Notes under the pieces: model-generated | Told to the model about the DNA's origin: nothing | The model's input: only the letters and a program-made list of their open reading frames with translations | The model's database searches: none | Translations under genes and position numbers: made by a program | Source of the DNA: Chrysomallon squamiferum | Taxonomy: Eukaryota > Animalia > Mollusca | DNA: 64,000 nt | Direction of reading: 5' to 3' | Assembly (NCBI GenBank): GCA_012295275.1 | Contig: CM022665.1 | Location: 30,876,001-30,940,000, forward strand | Part shown: in pieces, positions 14,484-25,915 of the stretch | How positions within the stretch are numbered: position 1 is the first letter of the stretch | Layout: each line of letters opens with the position of its first letter

Positions 14484-14540
14484 TTTAACAGTTCATTTTT
14501 ATGACTTTAATAACAAAAGTCATAAAAGTGAACTGTTAAA
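14484..14540. repeat. palindromic hairpin, 25-bp stem / 7-nt loop
   Basis: TTTAACAGTTCATTTTTATGACTTT (14484-14508) versus AAAGTCATAAAAGTGAACTGTTAAA (14516-14540): 24/25 complementary. Confidence 0.9.
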
Positions 14541-14598
14541 TATGAAATTTTTTTTATGTTCAATTATTCTCATATCATCATCTACTAAAAATAAGTAT

Positions 14599-14867
14599 TA
14601 CAGGTTGAGGATCTGTTATATGAAACATTTTGCAAGCATCTGAAATAATGACATCTTACAGTTTTGGGATGGTTAGGCATAAATAAACATTATTTTAGGA
14701 ATGAAATTTTTCAAAATATGTATAAAATACCGTAGAGTATTGGTATAAGCTGAATATGAAATACAAATGGAATTTATGTAAGATATATTCTCAGATAATT
14801 CCGTATATTCCAAAATCCAAAACACTTCCAGTCTCAAGCATTTAGGACAAAGGATCCTCAGCCTGTA
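14599..14867. mobile_element. Tigger/MER2-like MITE in GALNT2 intron 2
   Basis: TA-CAGGTTGAGGATC ... GATCCTCAGCCTG-TA (12/13 TIR match), TA TSD, 265 bp. Confidence 0.75.
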
Positions 14868-14938
14868 ATAACAGTTAAGGGGTATAACTCAAGAATTGAA
14901 ACATGAGCTAATACTACTGATAATGATATTTCCCTTAC

Positions 14939-15276
14939 AACTGATGCCTGGTGTCAGGAATTCCTCTGTTAGATTTAGTATTGTCACTGGCCAGCTGGTT
15001 GAACTTATTCCTTGCATAGCTGTCTTCTCCTGGTTTAATTCGTTTTTTATCTACATAACCCTTCTCATCAAATTCCTGCCAAGGAACAGTCTCTGCTTTT
15101 GCAACAAATTCAAATACCTGTACAGGTAAAGGTGTGATAACAACTGGTTTGTTTGTTGTTTGTTCACTTTTTTTATGGTTGTCATGGAAATACAGTTTTG
15201 TTTTTGAACCAGCATCTTTGGATTTGACTTCATTTGGAAAGACATTTCTCTGTGCTATTTGTACATCTTCATTTCT
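14939..15276 (-). CDS. GALNT2: GALNT2 exon 2 (stem): RNEDVQ...[11 protein letters not shown]...[12 protein letters not shown]...IPDTRHQ
   Basis: Acceptor tttcag|, 338 bp open frame, donor |gtaagg. Contains GALNT2-like YARNKFNQ and IPDTRH motifs. 5' boundary less certain because of an alternative acceptor at 15117. Confidence 0.85.
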
Positions 15277-17966
15277 CTGAAATGATACAATATTTTACAT
15301 ATAAAAATCATAATTAAAACCAAAATGTAGCCTTTCTCACTGACACAAAATTTAAAATTTGAAGCATTCCCTTGTGCTCTGTGGAACAACAAAAAAAAAT
15401 AATTAAAAATAAAACAAATCTGTTTAGAATATGAATTATAAAACTTAAATTATATAAAAATTATTATTATTATTATTATTACTTTTATTATTACTATTAA
15501 TATTATTATTATCATTATTATAATTATTGTAAATTGGATAAATAGTGGTCTGGGGCTGATTCTTTTAATGAGATATGATGTGCTATAGAAATGATTCTTC
15601 TTCTTGTTAAATCTTTTGAACTCAATCCAGTCAAGGACTCACATGTGATATGTCAAAAATCATAATAAGCGTTTTCCTGTTTATGAAGAGCTAAACATAA
15701 ATGATCCATTCCAGTATGGTTAGTTCACTGAATAGAAAAAATATTCAAAGAACAGTTAATATAAGTTGTGTCCATTATTAATTAAACTTTCACTGATCTT
15801 TAGGTTAGTTGATAAATTTAATGAAGTATTTACTCTGAGCATTTTGAGAAAACATAAAACAGTAAAGTTCTGTTTTCCACAAAACTTTCATTAATATTCT
15901 TATTGGAAAACACTCTCCCTCTTTTCTTTCTTAAACACACACGCATGCACACAGACACACACATTCAAACAAATTACAGTATCAGTTCACACTGACACTT
16001 GGTAATACGTAATTTTAAATAATTCAGTGAAATGGTCTTGTGAAAAATTACTCAACATATTAAAATTGTATACAGATATAACTAATATATCAGAGATTTT
16101 ACAACTGATACAAGATCTGTGTCTGGAATATAAACAATTTTTAACCGCATTCTAAATGTTAGCAGATGACTATCAAATGATTAATAATCTCAATTAAATT
16201 AAAAATTTGTAAACTCTATCATTTATTATGTTGTTGTCACTCAGCACATTTCAAAGTTTACATGTATGTTTTAACAAAATGTTTATCAGATGCTGTGTAC
16301 TTAGGTGCTTTGTACAAATGACCTAGATTTACTGTGTACACTTCCAAGTTTTTTTTATCAGTGACTGCTCTTTGTAAATAATAAAATACCACAAAGTTCA
16401 TGAAGATGCATGGATACCTTTATCTTACATTTAATCTCATAATTTGCTTGCAGAAATATAGTGTGTGTGTGTGTGTGTGTCTAATGTGAGTAAATCATAG
16501 CAAATCTGCTCATCTTTAGTTTGTCAGAGATTACTTTTTCACATTTCTCTATATAAAAATAGTATCACAAAATAGTGAAAAATGTAGCATCATTCATCCT
16601 GGTCGTCATTAGTTACTTTACATGTCAGTATAACATTTTATTTTTAATAATAATAATAATAATGTTGTTGTTTTAATATTTTATTATTAATAACTGATTG
16701 CCTTGAAACAAATTTACTGAAAACTGGGCAAATGTTTGGATTATGAGGTTCATTTAGAATGAACAAGACATATTTAGCAAAAAGATATATAACAGAATAA
16801 TTATAAACAATATGCAATCTGACTGAACTATCAAGATAAAATGATATACTTTGCATTACAGCCTCAAAGAGAGTGAATGAGTTTTATATCACTGAGTGAA
16901 TAATTAAAGAGGTCTGTTATATTTCATCCATTATCCTCTTATTTAATAGTGCATATAAAAATATTAACATGGGTTTTGAAACTAAGCCAATATTAATAAT
17001 TCTCTATCTTGAATATCAGAATGACTGGCAATATATTAAAATATTTCTGAGTTGTTTGGTCTTCATACAGTGTGTCTATCTGCATTATATATATATATAA
17101 AACATTACATTTCTATTATTCGTAATGCTTTCTTTCACTAGGTCTAAATTTAAAAACAATAAACTAGATCTTTAAAGTGAAAAAAAACAACAAAAAAACA
17201 ACAACACACAAACAAAACCCCATACAAAAACCCCAAAGAACTTCATAGATTAAACTATAATGTAGATTTAATTTTGTTATGTAATTTGTTCATTTTCTTT
17301 TCAACATACTGGTTTCATAATAATGAAATTAAAACTCCACTTTTTAAACATTATTAAATGACTGTTAATCATGTTAAAATCCTCAAATTTCAGAAAATGA
17401 TGGGTATAAGTTTGAAAATTAGTTTTTTTTTTTAACTCAATCCAGTCAAGGAAAAAGAAATAAAAATCTTCTGTAAAAATGTGTTGATGTTTTAAATTTG
17501 AAAATTCTGTTTGTTTTGGGGCATTTTTTTATTTTTTTTTGACAGAATTATTTATGTTGTAAATTAAACTGAAGATTATTGTTTTGTTGATGCTGCTGTT
17601 ATTGTTCTATGGGACTGATTAATTTTTCTGTATCAGTTTACTCCGTTGTTGTTTATCTTAAAACACACAACATCTGTCTCGACTAAACACAACCTTTAAC
17701 CTAATTTTAACACTTGTCAATTATATATTCACTTTTTCAACTGTTGCTGTTTACGTAACTGTCAGAAATTGAAGATTTGCTGCATTATCAAAAGGATACA
17801 TTTGCATTGAAGTATATACTCTGGTAAATTAAAAAGGGAATGGTTTTTGTTTTTCCAAATACAAGTGTTGATAATTTACATAAATGTCAACAAAGCATGT
17901 ATGCCTTGTTTAACAAACATATATTTATAAACAGACAGAAACCCACAAACACAACACACAGACACA

Positions 17967-18013
<47 letters not shown>

Positions 18014-18843
18014 TCACAAAAATACTTCAAAAGCACTGGCAACTTTTATTATTTTCAAAACAGAAGTATATTAAGTAAATAAATCAACATATGGTGCAAG
18101 CTGACATTTGACAAGTTTCAGATGATAAGATAACAAATATTCTTTATTATTCTGAAAATATATTATTATTTCTAATATTTAGCTTATATTGCATTTCACA
18201 AAGATAAAGAGTAATTTGTTTTAAAATTATGGCATTCTGTAGTTTGTAAAAAACATCAGTTAAAGTCAAATTATATTTTATCCAATATATTTTTTGATGA
18301 AGATAAAAAAAAGAAAAAAAAAAAGGGAAAAAATAAACTATGACAGAAAAAAATGGTATTAATTGACAATGTAGTGTCCAGTTTGTGACTGGTAAAACAA
18401 ACATGCTTTGTTTTATTTCAAGAGGGCCACATAAGCATATATTTATGTATACAAATATAGCCAATACATATACACACATATCTCCAAAATTATATATATA
18501 AAATGATACATATATAGACATGCAAACACATACACACATGCATACTTGCACATGTATACACACTTACACACACACACCCACAGATACATGATACACAGTA
18601 ACATATTTAATACAGATCTTACAATGGATAGGAAAGCATATGGTATTTGATAAACTGGTGGTGAATATTGGCTGAAATGGGAAACTGCTATAAACAAGGG
18701 CTCCTATCCAAATGAACAAATAACTTCTTAATGAAAGAGAATTATTTTATTAACAAATATTTAATCAAGAGTAATTAAATGCTTAACGATTAAAGGTGCA
18801 CTGCAGTATAAATTGATATGTTTACTATTACAAAGTTCTGTGT

Positions 18844-18886
<43 letters not shown>

Positions 18887-20861
18887 GTAAAATTAGAAAC
18901 ATCTGGTTAAATTGTTTATGCATTTATAGAGTACTGACAAGCAGGATTTCTAGAATTAGCATTTGTTTGTCAACATCAAAAAGATGTAATTCGATACTGT
19001 GTTACATTATGTAATCCCTGACACATGTATATACAACTAATGTACCTAGAAATTCATTTTATTAACTGAGATTCTAAGATAATTAAATTTCAGCTTCATA
19101 AATACCATTAACAAAGGAGTATACTAACCCCTTATTGATGGTAAAGTCTTATTTTGTTAACTGGTTTTAAATAAAAATAATAGGTGAAAACGGAACTGTC
19201 AGATAAAGTTTGCTATGGAATTAATGGTGAAAACAAAATCTGATTTTCAAAAAGATGTATGTGAAAGCAAATTGTATTTTGATTTAACCTTTTCTGCATA
19301 TTCTCTTTTAATTTTCTTCCTTGTATCTCTTGTTTTTACTTACAGCTGTAATTTGAATCTTAGAAACAATTGAAATATGATTTCATATTACAGGGGCTAA
19401 TTGTAATTTAAATGAAAGTCAAATATAATTATTGCTTTGGATGTGAGATATTAGTATTACAAACAACATATATGTCATTTTGTTGTTAAATAATGAATTA
19501 TACATTAAATCTCACAGGTACTATGAAGGGTATCACTTTCAAGATGAAATGAATTTCATTATAAAGAATAAACATTGTTCAACATTAAATTAGATAAACA
19601 TCTGGTGCACCCGCTATTCATAAATCTATTCCTCTCAACAAATGTTTTTTTTATTATCTTTGTTCTGTGAAAGAGATAAAATATAAATTATTTTTTATTT
19701 TGTTTAAATCATTCTATTAAACATTTCTTTATAACTAAAGGACATTTATTTTATTGCCTATAAGTGTACTGATTAGAAAAAGAATATATAAGCAATATGT
19801 TGAACATCTGCCCTTGCACAGACAACTCATACAGAGATCAAGCAGACAGAGAAACGCACACACACATACACACAGATAGACACACATGTATACACATGGA
19901 AAATTTTGAAAAACCCCCAATAAGTTCAGCACTAAAACAAGAAGAAAAAGAAAAAGAAAAAAAAAAAGAAGAAAGAAAAGAAAGAAAAAAGATTCACGTA
20001 TAATTTGTGCAATAATATCAGAAGTCAACTCTAAGAAATAATATATCATAATAATCAACAAACTAACATCAGCAGTAATGTTTTAACACTGCTATTTAGC
20101 AAGGGGCATGATTTAAAGTGATGGTGACTAAATCTTAATGTTTTGAGTACCAAAGGATGTTACTTGTTAATAACTGAGCTGCGTAACTCAAGTAACAGGA
20201 AATACTGCTTTGCAGTCATTGTCATTTTATAGCTAAATCAAAAATCACAAAACTGGCATTTATTATTATTATTTTTTTTTTTTTTACCAAGTCTACTTTA
20301 CATCCTAAAGTTTTATCTGCAACTATTTATTTATGCTGTCTAGGTATCCAACTTTCTCTCTCTCACACATATACACACACACTCACACATTCACTCACCC
20401 ACTCTCACTCACTCACTCACTCACTCATACATATAAAACAAAGCTCTAAATAGCTTTGTATATTATAAAGGTCAGTACCTGAGGAAGATACAGATCTTTT
20501 CAGTATTGATGTTTGTAATATAAAGTTATCTGTGTAATAATATCTTAATGAATGACACATCTCATTAATGTGTGAAATATTAACAAAGTAAGTACAGTAA
20601 TCATGCACAGCTTTTGTGTATTTAGACATTTACATATAGTACCTGTTTGTTTACACATTTCCATTTGCAAATTCAGTTTTACATGTACATGTATGTGCAT
20701 TAGATTATTATTATTATTTGCATATCTTTCATTTTAATTAATGTGAAAATTAAATTGATTTAAATCAGTTTTCATAATTTACTTCTTTTTTTTAAAAATT
20801 ATTATCATCTATTTATTATTATTATTTTGTTAACCATAATGTTTATTTACTTATTTATTAA

Positions 20862-20899
<38 letters not shown>

Positions 20900-21292
20900 T
20901 TGGTATTTGTATGTTTATGTGTTGTTGAATAACGAGAATGAAAACTTATGACCATGTCTGAAAGTCTGAACATGAGATGAGAAGATTTAGAAAAGTTGTC
21001 ACTCTATAAAAAGAGACTTGACCGCACATTCAAACATGACAGTGAGAGCTGCTATGGAATTAAAATCAGTGTTTATTTTTATTCTTTCTAAATTCTTCTT
21101 GGTAAACAACAAAACCTTCAAATCTTAACATTTCTAAATGGAGCTAAAAATTCTTATAAGCAGGCTTAGTACACATTTACAACAATGGAATCTTTTGATA
21201 AAAAGCACATTTTGAAATGTACAATGAATTTGTTTTGATTGTATTAGTTAAGTTTGTTTTGGTTTCCAAATTTTCAAGATCTACTTCTACAC

Positions 21293-21333
<41 letters not shown>

Positions 21334-23033
21334 TATTAATTATTATTATTATTATTATTGTTATTGTTATTGTTATTACATTGAAAATAAAAAATAAAAA
21401 TATAAAAAAATAATGAAAATTAACTGCAATACCAAAAACTGTTATTGTTAAGAAAGGTTATTTAAAAATAACATCACCAACATACTTTATGAATAAATAT
21501 TAACCATTTGGAATAAATTAAAAATAAGTTGATAATAATATTCTTCTAGGTGGATCAAATGCTTTTTTCTGATGAGAGCAAGAGTAAACTATTTTATGCT
21601 ATACACATGATGGATACTATTTGAACATATCATATTATTAAACAAACATTAAAGATAAAGAGGGAGAGGTTCTATGACCTACTTTGAACTTGAACAATAA
21701 AATTAATATTGTTTCACAGAATTCTGTAGTCCTATATAAAACAAAACCCAACTAAACAACAACAACAAAACAAATAGAAACAAAAACTACTACTAATAGT
21801 AAATAACAAACAAACAAACAAACAATAAATAAATTAAATAATGGAAAATAAACATTAAAAAAATCATAAAAGTTTAAACATCAGCTTAAAAAAAAAAACA
21901 AGTATTAAAAGAAAACAAATAAAATAAGGCATGAATCAGTAAGTATTAGATAAGGTTATCCATTGCAAATGTTTCCAACTGGTTAAACAGTTAATAATGA
22001 TTTATTAAGAGGTTATTTCTTTTTGTTTTAAAAAAAAGAAGCATAATGTTAATTATTTTAGTATCATAATCTGAAAAAAAAAAAGTTTTAACAATGATGG
22101 TAAATAACAAGTATCTTTTCAATCCAAATCTCATTTTAGCAGACGTACAATTATTTAAAAAGACATTCGGTTTTATTTAAAACCAGTAATCTTATCTAAA
22201 TAAACAATATACAATACAACAATGAAGATTTTAACATTAATATGAAGCATCATAAAATGCTTTGTTGTTTCTGCATCATAAGAATAAATGCAATGCATGA
22301 TAAAACAAATAAATAAAAAGAATGTTACCAAATTTTCTTTTAACAAATAAGTGAATAAAATTTATATACATTTAATATTTGTATCTTTTTTCATCTTTAT
22401 TGGATTTATTGTACTTTAAACAAAAACGACAACAAAGAAAAAGCTTGTAATATGAATGACATTTTTAAAAACCATTATTTTCAATTAAAAAAAAAAAAAA
22501 AGAATTTTTGTTGCTATTATTTTTTTAAAGTGCAATAAAGCAATATGAAAAATGATAAAAATTTAGTAGGTTGTTTGAATATTCCTTTCAGAATATTTTC
22601 AATTAATAATGACAATGTGTTTCATTTGTATTTCCTCTTCAAAGCTTCAAAGTTGTTCAAAGTTTTAAAATTCTGTGTGTGTTTTGCCATGACAGATTTT
22701 ATAACTCAATAAATAATGCAACATGTTTACACCTTTCACTTATTAATTTAGATTATTTTAGTTTCAGCACTGTATATCATACATGATTTTTAAAAGAATA
22801 TTAATTGTAATCTGTCATTTTCAAAATAATTATTTTTAATTAAAACCACTGCTGGATTTGATGTTGGACAATAAAGTATTCATGATTTGAAATATATCTG
22901 TTCACTGATAATTACAAAAATCTTTTTAACAGACATTATGGATGACTGTATCACAAAGACATGCACATATGCACACACACACATACACACAAAAACCTTT
23001 TGCAAAAGAAAAAAATGTAAATGATGTTGTCTT

Positions 23034-23400
23034 GTAGCCCAGTGATTAGAATGTAGATTATAGGATTAATCCCCTTGAATATGCTTATAGCAATACTTAC
23101 TGTTCCAGTCAATGTTCTCAGACCGGTTTACCAAAAACTATGATGTTTGTTGTACCAGGGGATCAAGCCTCAACAGTGTAATCATAGGAATATTTACAAT
23201 TCCAGTCATTATTCCAAGACTGGTTTATCAAAAAATAGATAGAAAAGATTCTTTTCTTATAAAACAGATAATAGCAGCCAATTGTTTTCTTGTTGTTTTT
23301 TCTTTCTAAATCATCATTACAAGCAAAAATTAAATATTATGGCAACTAATAACCATTGATAATAAAATATACTTAGGTGATGTTTAAGGAAATATTCAGT
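23034..23400 (+). mobile_element. decayed SINE-like interspersed repeat
   Basis: tRNA-like head GTAGCCCAGTG. Shares TGGTTTATCAAAAA...AAAGATTC with 25750-25790 and a related AAAAGATCCCTTGC near 52347. Boundaries approximate. Confidence 0.45.
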
Positions 23401-23662
23401 CTTTTATTAAAAATTCTATTATTTCTGCAGCAAAGAGTGATGATAAATTCATATTCAGGTCATTTAACATTTAAATTAAAAATTTATTTATGACATTAAT
23501 AAATGAGGATTTTATTGTCATATTTTATTGGCAATGATTCATAGAAACTAAATTAATTATTGTTTGATAAAAAAAAAAAAAAAAATTTAAATAAAATAAA
23601 ATAAATAATAATAAAGAAAAGAAAAAGACTGTAATACTTATATAAAATAGAAGTAACTGATG

Positions 23663-24416
23663 TACCGTATATACTTGTGTATAAGTCGAATTTTTGGGAG
23701 ACTATATTAAGGTAATATTTTGGGGGTCGACTTATACATAGGTAATGCTTTTGTAGCTGTTGCTGTAGAGTCGCCATTTTGACTATTTTTTGCTACGGGA
23801 TGCATCTAAAATAATTGCAGTCTTTCAGCTTTTCAAAAATATAATTTTATCGTATAAAATTTTTTGAAAAATTAAATAACAAAACCAAATATGAATGTAA
23901 AACATGATATTCTTCCATTTAATGACATAAAAATACATTTTAAAGCGAGAAAACCGTCAGTACGGCGTTATGCCTTACGGCGTCTTGTGATGATGTAGGA
24001 ATGCAGACTTCTCTGCCAAATTGCACTAAATATCAGTCCTAATTTCATAAACAAAACTACCTTGTGTAATTGTAAAGAATTTGGTGAAATAATATTGCAA
24101 TCGTCATTAATATCCACTACCGACAAATCGAAAACAAGAGATACTATTTATGATACATTTAGGCTATAGCTCGTGTAATACATGCATTTACGTTATTATG
24201 GTATGTTCGTGCAAGTTACAGCTCGTGCAAGTTATGTTACAGTAGGTGTACAATGTAGGCCTTCATGGCACTGTCACACTGGTCTAAAAATAGTGACGGT
24301 GCCTGGAATCTACAGTCGACTTATACACAAGTAATACCTAAAATGACGCAATTTTTGGTCTTAAAATACACATCGACTTATATATAAGGTCGCCTTGTAC
24401 ACAAGTATATACGGTA
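23663..24416. mobile_element. non-autonomous pogo/Tigger-type (Tc1/mariner superfamily) DNA transposon (MITE) in GALNT2 intron 1
   Basis: Ends TA-CCGTATATACTTGTGTATAAGTCGA and TCGCCTTGTACACAAGTATATACGG-TA are inverted repeats (25/27 match) with TA TSD. Internal TCGACTTATA repeats near 23728, 24317 and 24373. No transposase ORF; CpG-rich relative to flanks. Confidence 0.85.
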
Positions 24417-25669
24417 TGTTTTGGAAAACATTTTCATAAATTATATTTGACAAGTTTTATCTAAAAGCTGAGTAAGCAAATATTTAATTATTAGTCTACA
24501 TCTATGCCTCAAATAACAGAAATGTTCTCTTTTTTTTAATGATGATAATTCTGAAATAATTCTTCAGTCAATCGATCAATCAATAATTAATTAAAAAATT
24601 CAAAACTGAATGGCAAATTACAGGACTGGATAAATACAAGTAAAACATACTTTTCATTTCTCAATACACCCAGACAAAAGAACCATTATCACCAGCAATG
24701 TCATTATTTTTGTGCTGGGATATGCATTTTTTTCTGTATATGAAAAGGCAGTCCACAGATGGAAATAATCTTTTTCTTTCAAGCTAATATTACATCTGAT
24801 ACTCTTCAAACTATTTAATCACATCTGCTTCACACACTGCTAGAAATACCACCCATCATAATTATAAAACAGTTAATGGATACCTGCTAAATCTTTCTTA
24901 CATGACTGTAGCATGTGTATTATTACTTGAAAACATATTATATATATATACTATCCAACATCAAATCCAGTGATTTTAATTTAAAAAATTATATATAAAT
25001 ATGCATCTTGCAATCACTGAACATAGAAGTAGCAAGATATGATCACTAGATAAATTTCTATATTTTCTGGCACAGACAAAAAATAGAGCTTTTGGGGACA
25101 AAACTATATTTAATTCTATAAATTATTTGTTATATTTGTTGTTCAAAATTACTTCTTTAAAAAAAAACACAAAAAAAACCTGTTGTTATTTAAGAACTAA
25201 TTTGTTTTGATATATGATTTTTTTAGGCTACAAAGAAATACTGTTTGAAGCAACTATTCTTGACAGTGGTGAGTTAAGAAATAAAACAGTTAATTTCATT
25301 TAGTTTGTGTATTATTTGGGATTACTTCTTAAAATATAAGCTTTATCGTGCTCAGGTAGAATGGCAATGTCAGCTTGGCAGAGCCTAACTGCAAACTGAC
25401 AGGATAAAGCTGAGTTTTTAAGACAGTAACCAATTATTATATATATTATACTGACTGAATAATATATTTTATAAAGTGAACGGAGGAAATAAATATATGT
25501 CATATACCATAAAAACATAGTGATAAATTTAAAAGACTGATGTCTTTATTTATATCTTCTGCAATGCATTTTAAATAAACATATTATCAAATATTTATCG
25601 AAGTCTTGTAAAATAAATTTACAAACTATATTTTTCTGTATCTATCAAATTATTTCTTCAAGTTCTGTT

Positions 25670-25915
25670 GGAGAATGGCCTATATGACATAATGGATCAT
25701 GGGATCAGTCTTTTGCAATGTACTAACTGGGCACAAACCAACCCATCAGTGGTTTATCAAAAACTTCTTTATCTATGGAAAGATTCCTTGCTTCTGCTTG
25801 ATAAAAAAAAGGTATCCTCAAAAATACAAATTAACAGCCAAAGCATAACACCCACAACATGTATGTTTGCTACTTAATAATTATTAATAAAATATGCTGA
25901 AGTATTTATTTAACA
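25670..25915 (+). mobile_element. second decayed copy of the SINE-like repeat
   Basis: TGGTTTATCAAAAA, AAAGATTCCTTGC and a TAATAAAATAT-type 3' block shared with the 23034-23400 copy. Confidence 0.4.

Noticed and set aside
24650-24730. Hydrophobic peptide near a GTATGT donor as an alternative GALNT2 first exon
   Set aside because: Stop codons in all three minus frames before the donor.
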